From Planctomycetota bacterium (GTDB taxonomy: Bacteria; Planctomycetota; B15-G4): DNA of 64,000 bases. The notes under the pieces were generated by a model. The model saw only the letters and a program-made list of their open reading frames with translations. It searched no databases and was not told where the DNA came from. Made by a program: the position numbers and the translations under genes. Shown here one piece after another: positions 18,042 through 28,168 of this stretch. Each line of letters starts with the position of its first letter. Positions within the stretch are counted from its first letter, which is position 1. Where the stretch lies: NCBI GenBank assembly GCA_029245865.1, contig JAQWOM010000014.1, positions 2,206 to 66,205 of the forward strand, given 5' to 3'.

Positions 18042-19441
18042 GCCGAGAAGCCTTGCGGACCGTAGAGTGCCACCTGCTCCTCCCACAGTTGCGCCAGTTC
18101 CTCGCTCAAACTCTTCACGAGTTCGGCATCAAGGCCCTCAACCATGACACGAGCCAAATTCTCGGTGCCGGAATAACGCAGCACGATCCGGATGTCAGAT
18201 CCGTAAGCCGACTCGGCTTCGCTAACCCGTGCCGTCAGCAAGGGCAAGCGTTCGATGGGCGGACGCGCCTCAAGTGGCACGTTCAAGAGCACCTGAGGAA
18301 TCGAAGGGACCGCATCCACAACATCTTCCAGAGTCTTCTCTGTGGTCACCAATCCCTCGAGAACTCGCAAGGCCGTGTAAAGCCCGTCTCCCGTGAAATC
18401 ATTTTCCGCGCCAAAGAGCAGGTGGCCTGAAGCTTCGCCTCCTAATCCATAACCTTCTTCACGCATGCGGGCGTGCACATAACGATCACCTACGGCGGTG
18501 CGTATCAACCGGATGTCTCGTTCCGAGAGCATGCGCTCTAAACCAAGGTTGCTCATCACGGTCGCCACCACAGCATCACCAATCAGGCTTCCTTGCTCGT
18601 GAAACCAGCTCCCGAGAAAGCCCAGCATGTGGTCACCGGTGCAGGTGCGGCCTCGACTGTCCACCATGAGCACTCGGTCTGCATCTCCATCGAAGGCCAG
18701 TCCCAGGTGATGAGGGCTTTCAGCCGTTGTTTTTGAGATCAAGCCCAGATGCGTCGAGCCACACTCGTCGTTGATGTTGCGGCCGTTTGGATGGCAACAC
18801 AAGACGGTCAGGTCCGCGCCAAGCTCCTTGAGCACGAAAGGGGCTGTGGCACTCGCCGCACCATGGGCGCAGTCCACGGCAATCTTGAGCCCACCGAGGT
18901 CGACGTGAGCGAAACGCTCGGCCATGGCACCCACATATCCAAGCGAACCATCTTCCACTTGAGGTGCAGGAGCAACTCGACCCAGTTCCAACTCGGCAGG
19001 GACTTCGCTCTCCCCCTCGCCGCCCAGCGCCGCGACGCGCGCCTCCAGAGCCTGCTCCTGTGCGTCGGTGAGCTTATGCCCGCCAGCGCCGAACACTTTC
19101 AGTCCGTTGTCGCGCCAAGGGTTGTGCGATGCAGAGACCACAACACCGCGCGCGGCACCGCGCTCCCGCATCGCCATCGGCAGGCCGGGAGTGGGGAGAA
19201 CACCCAGATCCACGACCTCCAAGCCTCCCAGGGCCAAGCCTTCGCCCAAGGAAGTGACAATCGCCGGCCCGGACTCCCGAGTGTCTCGCCCCAGCAAAAC
19301 CTGAACGGGATCAGGCCCTTCGTGCTCTTCGAGGGCTTGTTCCGCCACAGCTCGCCCGAGCCGCACCAGAAAGGGCGCCGTCAGTGGACCTTCTGCTGCA
19401 CGACCGCGGATGCCGTCAGTCCCAAACCACTGACGAGTCAA
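18038..19441 (-). CDS. glmM: phosphoglucosamine mutase
   Basis: 'FGTDGIRG' and the active-site loop 'VVSASHNPWRDNGLKVFG'. Length is 467 aa. Confidence 0.9.
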   Translation of the reverse strand: MTRQWFGTDGIRGRAAEGPLTAPFLVRLGRAVAEQALEEHEGPDPVQVLLGRDTRESGPAIVTSLGEGLALGGLEVVDLGVLPTPGLPMAMRERGAARGVVVSASHNPWRDNGLKVFGAGGHKLTDAQEQALEARVAALGGEGESEVPAELELGRVAPAPQVEDGSLGYVGAMAERFAHVDLGGLKIAVDCAHGAASATAPFVLKELGADLTVLCCHPNGRNINDECGSTHLGLISKTTAESPHHLGLAFDGDADRVLMVDSRGRTCTGDHMLGFLGSWFHEQGSLIGDAVVATVMSNLGLERMLSERDIRLIRTAVGDRYVHARMREEGYGLGGEASGHLLFGAENDFTGDGLYTALRVLEGLVTTEKTLEDVVDAVPSIPQVLLNVPLEARPPIERLPLLTARVSEAESAYGSDIRIVLRYSGTENLARVMVEGLDAELVKSLSEELAQLWEEQVALYGPQGFSA

Positions 19442-20592
19442 GGAGCCTCCCCATCGGAGGGCATTCTCAAATCAGAGTCGGCACTCTCGAGGCTGTAGTG
19501 GATTTCAGCGGGGCGGCCATCCCCATCGGTCACGCGTACCGAATCGGGCAGATTGTCTCTGTAGATGCGCACGGGTTCATCCCCCAGAGTCAACGTCACC
19601 TGCCCCCAGTCGAAAACAGGGCGAATGCGCTCTGCAAGTTGCTCACTCGTGAGGCTCTCCAGCACAGACCTTGGCCCGGTCACGAGCAAATCAATGGTCT
19701 CGGTGGCTGAAACCACACGCCGCTTGTCCATGCGCAAGGCATCTTCGTTTTCGTAGCTCACACGAATCGAGAGCAGTTCCTTCGTGATTTCTTTTGGTCG
19801 AACGGGAATGGACACTTCCACGAGACCGCCAGTGGTCAAGAGCGTCACGCTACGATCGACCTTCTCGACATCAATGCCCACCTGCTGACTCACTTCCAAG
19901 ATGCGGCCGTCGACATCGATAGGGACCAACTTCAGTTGGTTTGAGTTGCGGCCCAATGCTTCTACCTGGGAAATCGGGCCGCTGATGCGGACGCGATTGG
20001 GTACCACGCGAATACTGTTTTCATCGAAGGCATATCCTTCTCGCGGCCGCCCTACGACAACAACATTCTCTGGCCCGAGGATTATCTCGGCCTCACGTCG
20101 ACGCGCCAGCCTGATGTCAAGGGCAGATGGTTTGACATCGAAGTCTGTCAAACCGAATTCACCTCCTTGCACCTTGAAGAGACTCTGCACCAAGGGCACT
20201 TGAATGACCGCCTCGTCCTGACTCCCCAAGGCGTCTGGCTCGATCTCGAGGACTGCAGAAAGTTCCAGATTTCGGACCTCGTCCTTATGGCCTCGGACAT
20301 CAACTCGAATCGTCTTGCGAGACACATGACTCACAATCAACTCAGGCGGCACAACGAGATACATCGCTGGCGCTGTGCTGCGGAGTTGGTCTGCCTCGAC
20401 GCGCGAAGCGACTTCACGCACCTGGAGCTGAATGCGTCGATCGAGTGTCAGCCGGTTAGCCAACGAATACCAGAGCGCCACCGCCACGATCAGGGCCATT
20501 AACTTGCGACCAATGTCGTGGCGAAAGAGCATCCAGACGCGCATCCAGAAGGAACGGCTTCGCTCCTTATTTTTTTCGACCCGGGTGCTCAT
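19438..20592 (-). CDS. cdaR: YbbR-domain protein (CdaR-like regulator of diadenylate cyclase)
   Basis: An N-terminal TM helix is followed by repeated beta-rich ~80-aa units. The gene lies between cdaA and glmM with 4-nt overlaps on both sides, which is the conserved cdaA-cdaR-glmM context. Confidence 0.65.
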   Translation of the reverse strand: MSTRVEKNKERSRSFWMRVWMLFRHDIGRKLMALIVAVALWYSLANRLTLDRRIQLQVREVASRVEADQLRSTAPAMYLVVPPELIVSHVSRKTIRVDVRGHKDEVRNLELSAVLEIEPDALGSQDEAVIQVPLVQSLFKVQGGEFGLTDFDVKPSALDIRLARRREAEIILGPENVVVVGRPREGYAFDENSIRVVPNRVRISGPISQVEALGRNSNQLKLVPIDVDGRILEVSQQVGIDVEKVDRSVTLLTTGGLVEVSIPVRPKEITKELLSIRVSYENEDALRMDKRRVVSATETIDLLVTGPRSVLESLTSEQLAERIRPVFDWGQVTLTLGDEPVRIYRDNLPDSVRVTDGDGRPAEIHYSLESADSDLRMPSDGEAP

Positions 20593-21434
20593 GTGGACTG
20601 CGCCTCAGCGTCATAGCCCTCGAGGTGGTCCGTGAGTCGGTCGCTCAGACTCTCCGCGCTCGCCAGCGGCATGAGCATGCCTCGATGCGCGACGCTCACG
20701 CGCCCCGTTTCTTCGGAAACCACCACTGCGATCGCATCTGACTCCTCGGTCACGCCAAGTGCCGCACGGTGACGTGTTCCCATCTCGCGCGTCACTGCCA
20801 GGGAGTCACTGAGGGGAAGCATGCACGACGCGGCCACGATGCGACCAGATCGAACAACCACAGCCCCGTCATGCAGAGGGCTCTTCGGGAAGAAGATGGC
20901 CTGAATGAGTGGCCCAGAGAGTTCGGAGTCGAGGGGTACACCCGTCGCTTCAATCGTTTTCAGGCCCGTACGCTGTTCGAAAACGACGAGCGCCCCCGTC
21001 TGCTGTTCCGCAAGTGCTTGGATAGCTGCCGTGAACTCTGCAAGTTGCGCAGGGACTTCTCCCCGGAGCAGGCGAGCTCGCTCACTGAGACGCGTGAAAC
21101 CCGTGCGCAGTTCTGGCTGGAAGAGGATGACAAGCACCACGCCGATGATGGGCAGCAAGACGCCCCCCGCGGCTTCAAGCCGAGGAAACCTCAAGCCAAA
21201 GAACTCCACCATCAAAGTCAGCGCAAAGAACACACCCAAGATGATGATGGCCACGCCCTTCATGACCGCAAGGCCACGAGTGCCGTGCAAAAACTTCAAC
21301 ACCACATAAAACAGCCAAGTCAGCAGAGCGATCTCGATGACAGCCGAGACCAGATCCTTGGCCTGGAGTGGTTCAAGATGTGGAATAAAAGGGATGTCCA
21401 CGAGAGCCAACGGCAGAAAGTCTACGCCGATCAC
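20589..21434 (-). CDS. cdaA: membrane-anchored diadenylate cyclase (DisA_N/DAC domain)
   Basis: Three N-terminal TM helices, then 'GALVVFEQ', 'LHDGAVVV' and 'MGTRHRAALGVTEESDAIAVVVSEETGRVSVA', which are the DGA and RHR motifs of the DAC domain. Confidence 0.9.
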   Translation of the reverse strand: MIGVDFLPLALVDIPFIPHLEPLQAKDLVSAVIEIALLTWLFYVVLKFLHGTRGLAVMKGVAIIILGVFFALTLMVEFFGLRFPRLEAAGGVLLPIIGVVLVILFQPELRTGFTRLSERARLLRGEVPAQLAEFTAAIQALAEQQTGALVVFEQRTGLKTIEATGVPLDSELSGPLIQAIFFPKSPLHDGAVVVRSGRIVAASCMLPLSDSLAVTREMGTRHRAALGVTEESDAIAVVVSEETGRVSVAHRGMLMPLASAESLSDRLTDHLEGYDAEAQST

Positions 21435-22645
21435 GAGCCGACGACCGTGCCCATGGGGAGATCTGCGGCGTCAAGAACAGCTCGCACCGTATCGCCCAGC
21501 AAGGTGTCTGGCGTGGAAGCACCCGCGGTAAAGCCCACGGTAAATGGGCGCGCAGGCAACCAGCCCTCGGTGAGGACGATCTCTCCCGTCTCAGGCGATC
21601 GATGCCTGATGGTGCCACCCTCGATGGCGTCAGGGCCCAACACGTGATAGCTGGGAAACTGGCCTCCTCCAACACGCGTCAAATTCTTCGTGTTGCTTGA
21701 GTCATAACCGCCCACCACCACCAACAGGTCCAGGGGACCTCGCTCGGCCATCTCGGCCACGGAATCCTGGTTCTCTTGCGTTGCCCTGCAGATGGTGTTG
21801 AGCTCGCGGAAACGTTCCTGAGCTTCATCCGCTCCATAACGACCCTGGAGAGCGTCGCGAACCATCGCCTCGATCTCCCGAGTCTCTGAGGCCAGCATCG
21901 TCGTCTGGTTGATCGTGCCGACTCGTTCAAGATGTTGGTCCGGATCGAAGCCATCCGAATACGCATTCTGCGGCAATCCGGAGAGGAACTCCGTCCGACT
22001 CATCCCACCGCTGATGACATCGCAGAGGCGTTGAGCTTCTAGCTGGTCAGCCACCACCAGATAGTGCCCACCCTGGGAAGCGATCAAGCTGCATGATGCC
22101 CGCGTCTCTTCATGCTGAACCAAACCGTGAATCACGGTTGTGAACTGATCCTCGACATACTTGAGCGTGCGGCGATGGGGTCGAATCACCCATGGACACG
22201 TCGTGTCGATGACGGTGCACCCCAACTCATTGAGCATGTTGATGTCTTCCACCGTCGCTGAGAAAGCCGGAATGACGACCACGCTTTCTTCATCAGGCGA
22301 CTCATTCTTCTCGGACTCGGAAAAGGGGCCTCGCAAGAAACGCACCCCCATCTCTTTGAAGTCCGCATTCACCTGAGGGTTGTGAATGATCTGATCGAGC
22401 AACCAGATGGCGCGGCCCGGATGCTCTTCCAACGCATCACGAACCATGGCCACGGCGCGATCCACCCCCCAGCAAAACCCGAAGGTCCGCGCAGTCAACA
22501 CGCGCACATGCCCCACATTCAGCTCGCCACCGCCAGAACGAAGCTGCTCGATGAGTGTACTGCGATACGAATACCGCTGATGGGGATCCTCGTAGCGGTC
22601 GACGGGCGTCTCGGTCATAGAAGGCCTTCCGATGGTCCGCACCAC
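21431..22645 (-). CDS. ispH: 4-hydroxy-3-methylbut-2-enyl diphosphate reductase (long form)
   Basis: 'FGFCWGVDRAV', 'IDTTCPWV' and 'SSNTKNL' are the three Cys/FeS-ligand regions of IspH/LytB. The N-terminal extension resembles cyanobacterial-type enzymes. Confidence 0.9.
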   Translation of the reverse strand: MVRTIGRPSMTETPVDRYEDPHQRYSYRSTLIEQLRSGGGELNVGHVRVLTARTFGFCWGVDRAVAMVRDALEEHPGRAIWLLDQIIHNPQVNADFKEMGVRFLRGPFSESEKNESPDEESVVVIPAFSATVEDINMLNELGCTVIDTTCPWVIRPHRRTLKYVEDQFTTVIHGLVQHEETRASCSLIASQGGHYLVVADQLEAQRLCDVISGGMSRTEFLSGLPQNAYSDGFDPDQHLERVGTINQTTMLASETREIEAMVRDALQGRYGADEAQERFRELNTICRATQENQDSVAEMAERGPLDLLVVVGGYDSSNTKNLTRVGGGQFPSYHVLGPDAIEGGTIRHRSPETGEIVLTEGWLPARPFTVGFTAGASTPDTLLGDTVRAVLDAADLPMGTVVGS

Positions 22646-22646
22646 T

Positions 22647-23486
22647 TTATCGACGGCTGCTTTCCGAAGCCACCGAGACCGCTTCCACGATCTTCAGCGA
22701 ATCTGCTGCAGCACGGCAATCATGGACCCGGACGAAGTCCACCCCCGCCAGGGACGCCATCACGGTCGTGGCGGTCGTGGCGTGCTCTCGATGCTCTACG
22801 GACTGCCCTGTAAGGCTCCCCAGCATGGCTTTCCTCGAACAACCCAGCACCGTGCGGAAGCCAGAACCCGTGAAATGGCCCAACGCCCCCAGCAAAGCGA
22901 CATTGTCTTCCAGCCGCTTGCCAAATCCGATGCCTGGGTCCAGCAAGAGGCGCTCCGCTGGAATGCCGGCCTCGATCGCACGTCTTGCGGATGCCATCAA
23001 CTCTCCGAGCACCTCACGCGGCGCATCCTTGTAGTGAGGTGCAACCTGCATGTCTTCCGGTGTCCCGCGACGATGCATCAGGACAACCGGAAGTTCTGCG
23101 TCCCTGGCGACCTCAGCAAGCCCGGGATCTTCCCCGAGCGCAGAAACATCGTTGAGCAGATCCACTCCGATCCCGAGAGCGCGCTCCAAAACAACCGAAC
23201 TGGTTGTATCGAGAGACAGGGGCACCTCGACCGCTTCACGCAATGCGCGAAGTGCAGGCTCGAGGCGAGCCCACTCTTCATCAGACGAAACAGATGGTGC
23301 GCCCGGGCGAGTGGAGACCGCCCCCACATCCAGAACTTCAGCCCCATCTCCCACCATGTCGACGGCCGCGGCCACTGCTTCAGAGGTCGAGCTGAAGCGC
23401 CCACCATCGCTGAAGCTGTCCGGGGTGAGATTGAGGATGCCCATGACGCACGTGCGTCCGGGCGAGGGTAGTGGACGCAGAGTCAC
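22647..23486 (-). CDS. folP: dihydropteroate synthase
   Basis: 'VMGILNLTPDSFSDGG', 'DVGAVSTRPG' and 'LDPGIGFGK'. Confidence 0.9.
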   Translation of the reverse strand: MTLRPLPSPGRTCVMGILNLTPDSFSDGGRFSSTSEAVAAAVDMVGDGAEVLDVGAVSTRPGAPSVSSDEEWARLEPALRALREAVEVPLSLDTTSSVVLERALGIGVDLLNDVSALGEDPGLAEVARDAELPVVLMHRRGTPEDMQVAPHYKDAPREVLGELMASARRAIEAGIPAERLLLDPGIGFGKRLEDNVALLGALGHFTGSGFRTVLGCSRKAMLGSLTGQSVEHREHATTATTVMASLAGVDFVRVHDCRAAADSLKIVEAVSVASESSRR

Positions 23487-25741
23487 GCCGGTCCGGGCAC
23501 GGGCACCGACGTTCCATCGAAGCCCTCATTCTCATCGGTATCGGGCTGTGAAGAATCCTGACCGCTGACTTCGGGAGTGCCCTCATCGGTATCGATGGGT
23601 GGCGGGTCAGGTTCCGGAGGCCTCAACTCTTCCACTGTTGCGCCCTCGAGGATGCGGTTGACGTCATCTCCCGAGATTGTCTCGTAGCGCATAAGGGCGT
23701 CAGCCATGCGCTCAACTTCGTCACGACTCGCCTCCAGGAGATCGACAGCCGTCTTGTGGGACACCTCAAGGATCTGGCGCACTTCCTCATCAATCGCACG
23801 CGAAGTGTGTTCGGAATAGTTGCGGTTCCGGATCATTTCATCGCCAAGGAAGACCTCGTTGCGCTGATCTCCGTAGGACACAGGCCCGAGGGCATCACTC
23901 ATGCCCCAGGAGCAGACCATATTGCGCGCAATCTCTGTCGCCCGTTCGATGTCGTTGGACGCCCCCCCTGAGATGTCGTCGCAGAAGAGTTCCTCTGCAA
24001 CTCGGCCTCCATAGAGCATGGCCAACATGCCCATGAGTTCACGGCGGCGATGGTGGTATTTGTCGCGTTCAGGTAGCTGCATGGTCGCGCCCAGCGCCAT
24101 GCCACGAGGAATAATCGTGACCTTGTGCACCGGCTCGACGACACCCTTCAGGCGGGCCGCAACCAACGCGTGGCCCGACTCGTGGTAAGCGGTGAGCTTG
24201 CGATCCTCTTCGATAAGAACTCGGCTCTTCTTCTGTCGACCAAAGCGGACCTTGTCGCGAGCTTCTTCGAGATCGGCCTGCTCGACGGACTCCTTCTGTT
24301 GAAGGGTCGCAATCAGTGCCGCCTCGTTGATCAGTGCCTCCAACTCTGCTCCGGAAAACATCGGCGTCCCGCGCGCGACTTCGGCCAGGTCGACTGAAGG
24401 GTCCAACACCACCCTCTGAGAATGCACGACGAGAATCGCTTCTCGGCCGCGAATGTCGGGCAGGTCCAGAGCAACTTGCCGGTCAAAGCGCCCCGGACGT
24501 AGTAGTGCAGCATCTAGAACGTCAGGCCGGTTCGTCGCGGCGATCAGAATCACCCCAGAATCCGTCTCGAAACCATCCATCTCGACAAGGATGGCGTTCA
24601 ATGTCTGTTCGCGCTCATCGTGCCCACCACCAAGGCCCGCGCCACGCTTACGACCCACAGCATCGATTTCGTCCAGAAAAATGACGCAAGGTGCGTTTTC
24701 ACGAGCCTGCTTGAACAAGTCACGCACTCGAGAGGCTCCGACGCCAACAAACATCTCCACAAAGTCGCTGCCACTGATCGCAAAGAAAGGGACGCTGGCT
24801 TCACCGGCGATGGCTTTCGCGAGGAGCGTTTTGCCGGTTCCAGGCGGCCCCAGCAACAGCACGCCGCGTGGGACACGACCGCCCAACCTGCTGAATGACT
24901 TGGGGTCTTTCAGGAACGAGATGATCTCCTGAACTTCCTCTTTGGCTTCCTCTGCACCGGCGACCTGGTCGAAGGTCACTTTGGTCTGGTCAGGCGGAAT
25001 CATTTTCACGCGGCTGCGGCCGAAGGACATCACCCCGCCCTGGCCCCCGCCTCCACGCATCTGGCGAGTGAAAAGGAAAAGGAAGAAGCCGATGAAAAGG
25101 AGCCACGGCACCATCGTCAGCAACAGGCCTCCCCAGAGGTCGCTGTCCGGCTCGTAACTGACCTTCAGTTCGTCACCCACCGGCGCGGCGCTGATCTCAA
25201 CGCCCGTCGCGCCGACCTCGCTGATGAAGTCGCCCACTTTCCCTGAGCTAGGCTCTCCTTTGAGATGCGCCCAGTGCGAACGACCGTTCATCATGTAGTT
25301 GATGAAGAGCCCGGTGTAGCCATCACGAATAGCCGCGTTAACCGTGTAACCGCCCAGCACGCGCCAAGCGCCATCAGCAACGCGCTTCGATGCCATATCC
25401 AAGCTCACGCCATACTCGACGTAGCGGTTCGTGAGAGTTTCGATTTCTTCGAGCTTGTCCGTCGCGTACTCGGGGACCTGCACGCCTTCCCAGCGCTGCG
25501 TCTTGCCGTCCCAGATCACGTCGGCATCGATCAACCTCTCTCCTCGGATCACGAGGCGTTCGACATCCCCCATGTACACCAAGGTGCGAAGGTTCTGGAA
25601 GGTGCGGTGGTCACCATCCGCAGCGGAGCTGTTCACGCTCTTCCAGATAAGGAACATCATCGTGAGCACGAGGATGAGCGTCATCGCGCTCCCCATGCGA
25701 CCGGGTTCGCGGCGCGGCGGCTTGGGCGTTGGCGTCGTCAT
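23483..25741 (-). CDS. ftsH: ATP-dependent zinc metalloprotease FtsH with an enlarged periplasmic domain
   Basis: Walker A '[13 protein letters not shown]', Walker B 'IIFLDEIDA', SRH '[19 protein letters not shown]' and the zinc motif 'HESGHAL'. Length is 752 aa. Confidence 0.95.
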   Translation of the reverse strand: MTTPTPKPPRREPGRMGSAMTLILVLTMMFLIWKSVNSSAADGDHRTFQNLRTLVYMGDVERLVIRGERLIDADVIWDGKTQRWEGVQVPEYATDKLEEIETLTNRYVEYGVSLDMASKRVADGAWRVLGGYTVNAAIRDGYTGLFINYMMNGRSHWAHLKGEPSSGKVGDFISEVGATGVEISAAPVGDELKVSYEPDSDLWGGLLLTMVPWLLFIGFFLFLFTRQMRGGGGQGGVMSFGRSRVKMIPPDQTKVTFDQVAGAEEAKEEVQEIISFLKDPKSFSRLGGRVPRGVLLLGPPGTGKTLLAKAIAGEASVPFFAISGSDFVEMFVGVGASRVRDLFKQARENAPCVIFLDEIDAVGRKRGAGLGGGHDEREQTLNAILVEMDGFETDSGVILIAATNRPDVLDAALLRPGRFDRQVALDLPDIRGREAILVVHSQRVVLDPSVDLAEVARGTPMFSGAELEALINEAALIATLQQKESVEQADLEEARDKVRFGRQKKSRVLIEEDRKLTAYHESGHALVAARLKGVVEPVHKVTIIPRGMALGATMQLPERDKYHHRRRELMGMLAMLYGGRVAEELFCDDISGGASNDIERATEIARNMVCSWGMSDALGPVSYGDQRNEVFLGDEMIRNRNYSEHTSRAIDEEVRQILEVSHKTAVDLLEASRDEVERMADALMRYETISGDDVNRILEGATVEELRPPEPDPPPIDTDEGTPEVSGQDSSQPDTDENEGFDGTSVPVPGPA

Positions 25742-25745
25742 GCGA

Positions 25746-26261
25746 TTAAAACTCCTTCTCCAATTCCCGGACGATGTCTCTCGCGAGATAGCTGAACGCT
25801 TGGCTGCGAGCAGCGTCCAAGTCTACAGCGTTCAGCACAGCCGAGTCAGTGCTGACAAACTCGCCTCTCTGAGAGAGCCTCTTCTTCTTGATCAGATCCC
25901 CTGTCCGGGCATCCCGGATTTCAATGACTGCCGTCACGCTTGTCGAACGTGAGGTGACGGTCTGTTGAGGATCTTCGGACAATACAGTCTGCCTTACGCT
26001 GACGACACGCCCCGTCAGGAACACCTCGGCGCCCTCTTTGCTCGAAAGGTAGAGACCAGGCGTCGACAAGATTTCCTGCGTGATCTGCTCCGTGAGTTCG
26101 AATTCCACATCCCTGTAAAAAGTCTCGTTGCTGAAGTACGAGAGGAAGATCTGGTTGCGGTCCTCGGCGAAGATCCCGCCTCGGCTGAGCTGGACGCAAC
26201 TCAGCGCACTCATCAAGAGCAAGGCAGCCGCAACGATTCGAAATCCTGCGATTTGCTTCAT
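25746..26261 (-). CDS. LptE-like LPS-assembly lipoprotein (putative)
   Basis: 171 aa. The signal peptide ends 'LMSALSC'. The pattern 'FSNETFYRDVEFELTEQITQEIL...GRVVSV...' and the C-terminal amphipathic helix resemble LptE-family lipoproteins. The gene is adjacent to a BamD-like gene. Confidence 0.5.
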   Translation of the reverse strand: MKQIAGFRIVAAALLLMSALSCVQLSRGGIFAEDRNQIFLSYFSNETFYRDVEFELTEQITQEILSTPGLYLSSKEGAEVFLTGRVVSVRQTVLSEDPQQTVTSRSTSVTAVIEIRDARTGDLIKKKRLSQRGEFVSTDSAVLNAVDLDAARSQAFSYLARDIVRELEKEF

Positions 26262-27217
26262 GGATCAGGGTCCAGCGGGACCTCAAACGTATCGAGGGAT
26301 GAAAGCCGAGGCTCGGCAGCAATGTCCTCGAGATCGATACCCAGACCTTCCAGGCGAGCGAGTGCTGCTTCACCAGCAGCGGTCGTCGGAAACAGGATGG
26401 CCGCGTTGGCGAGGCGAAGGCGCTCACCAGTCATGTTGCCTCGAGCACGATAAAAGTTAGCCACCAGCACCTCACCCTCAGCCAGCAAATCCTTGACCTT
26501 CACGAGATCCTCAGCCGACTCGCGAGCCTTTGCCCCGAAAGGGAATGTCTCCAACGAGAGCTCGAGGAGCTCCTCTGCTCTCAGCATTTCGTCTCGATTG
26601 TACTCGGGGCCATAGACCAGCATGAGGCGGTAGTGTCCGGCGAGCCAAAGACTCCTCTCGGCCCACTCGCTTTCGGGGTACTCCAAGAAGAGTTTCTCGT
26701 TGGTAATCGCCGCTTCGAGCCATTCCCGAACATCTTCTCGACCGAAGTAGTCCGCAACCAGCCGCAAGGCATCGTCGGCGAGTTCGCTCCGACGGTAATG
26801 AGCCTGCAGGGTTTCGAGAGCCTCCACGCCGCGACCGCGCGAGTCGAACCAGCCCCCAAATTGGGGCAGCGTCAGGAAAGCCACACCGATCTCATACAGC
26901 CGGAATTCGATATTCGCGACATGGGGTGACCAGGGCGCCTGCTCCAGCACTTTGCGGTAGAGCCGCAAAGCCTTCAGGTAGCGGCCAAGCGCGAGAGCTG
27001 AATCCGCCGCGAGGTTGTTTGCATCCGCTTCCTGCTCTGGGCTCAAATCTCCCTGAGAGACGGCTTTCTCGGCCAGCTCAAGGGCGTCTTCATACTGGCC
27101 CCACTCGGCATAGGTTTCCGCCGACTCAAAGTCGTCCATCCCTTCCAGGCGACGAGCCGAGCTGCAGCTGGCCATGCCGGCGCACAGCAAGAGACAGGTC
27201 AAAAGGCGAAAGCTCAT
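26258..27217 (-). CDS. BamD/YfiO-like TPR outer-membrane lipoprotein (putative)
   Basis: Lipobox 'LLLCAGMASCSS', TPR-like helices, and a C-terminal 'EVLVANFYRARGNMTGERLRLANAAILFPTTAAGEAAL' that resembles the BamD C-terminal motif. Confidence 0.55.
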   Translation of the reverse strand: MSFRLLTCLLLCAGMASCSSARRLEGMDDFESAETYAEWGQYEDALELAEKAVSQGDLSPEQEADANNLAADSALALGRYLKALRLYRKVLEQAPWSPHVANIEFRLYEIGVAFLTLPQFGGWFDSRGRGVEALETLQAHYRRSELADDALRLVADYFGREDVREWLEAAITNEKLFLEYPESEWAERSLWLAGHYRLMLVYGPEYNRDEMLRAEELLELSLETFPFGAKARESAEDLVKVKDLLAEGEVLVANFYRARGNMTGERLRLANAAILFPTTAAGEAALARLEGLGIDLEDIAAEPRLSSLDTFEVPLDPDP

Positions 27218-27247
27218 TTTGGAGAAAAACCCAGGGGCAAGGCAGGA

Positions 27248-28009
27248 TCAGACAGATCCGGGTAACACATGACAGCGGACGGGGCGCTCCATGACGTGCA
27301 GCAAGGCCCGATCGTAGTAGCGCTTCATCTGATGTGCGATTTCAGAGGGAATGGAGATCTCTTCCGCCCTTCGGGGGTCGAGAGACCGGAACGAAAGAAT
27401 AGCCTCGGCTGCGGACGTCGTCAGCCCAATGGAGTGGTCTTCGCCGGTTCGGCATGCCATGCAAACCACCCCACCGCGTTCCGGGTCGCAACGCAGCGTC
27501 CGGCGTCCCGAAGGGCGCTGGTCACAGGACACGCAGCGGTCCAGTACGAGCTCGAATCCCGTGAGTCTAAGCATCCCTCCCTGCAGCGCAAACACCACGC
27601 AGGGCAGGCTCTCAGGGGATGGATTGGCCTCCAAGGCTTCCAGATAAGCCTGAGCATGGTGATAGATCCCCAGCACCCTCTGGCCCTCTGGAGCCAGGGC
27701 GCGGAGAAGCTCCACGAGATACTCTCCAGCAAGCAGCAAGTCCGTCCGACGGCGCATGACCGGGTGATGAGAGAGAACTCGGCGCTCGGCAAGCTGGGCC
27801 AGTGAACGGCTTCCCCGGCGGCTGAAGTAGGTGATGACCGAGTGATCGAGAAGGTCCACGGCCCCGCCTTTGCGCGCTTTGGGCCTGTGAACGCCCTTCA
27901 ATATGATCGACACGCGCCCCCGATCCTTGGTCAGAAACTCCACGATCTGGCTCGTATCGCCAAATGGCGTTCGCCGGAGTGCAAGAGCCTCTGTGGTTGC
28001 TCGACCCAT
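27248..28009 (-). CDS. recO: DNA repair protein RecO
   Basis: The N-terminal OB-fold pattern 'ALALRRTPFGDTSQIVEFLTKDRGRVSIILKGV' and the zinc-finger region 'CVSCDQ...VVCMAC'. Confidence 0.85.
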   Translation of the reverse strand: MGRATTEALALRRTPFGDTSQIVEFLTKDRGRVSIILKGVHRPKARKGGAVDLLDHSVITYFSRRGSRSLAQLAERRVLSHHPVMRRRTDLLLAGEYLVELLRALAPEGQRVLGIYHHAQAYLEALEANPSPESLPCVVFALQGGMLRLTGFELVLDRCVSCDQRPSGRRTLRCDPERGGVVCMACRTGEDHSIGLTTSAAEAILSFRSLDPRRAEEISIPSEIAHQMKRYYDRALLHVMERPVRCHVLPGSV

Positions 28010-28168
28010 CGGTTGCTAGCCTACCGTCCTTGTCGGTCAAACCGGGGTCGAACCGGGACCGAGTTGTCCGGGAGAGCCGAAATCGAGGTTCCCACGAAGA
28101 CTCCAGACCAGCCGCCTCTTCCTCGCTCGGCAGACCCTCCCAAGGGTGATGGTGGCGATCCAGAGACC

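Noticed and set aside
27990-28075. tRNA-like T-arm on the minus strand (ccgg-UUCGACC-ccgg) in the recO/ABC-exporter divergent region.
   Set aside because: The T stem has only 4 bp. No complementary acceptor 5' strand (cggtcaa) occurs at the expected distance. There is no D-arm or anticodon arm and no CCA context. It is a chance palindrome around CCGG.
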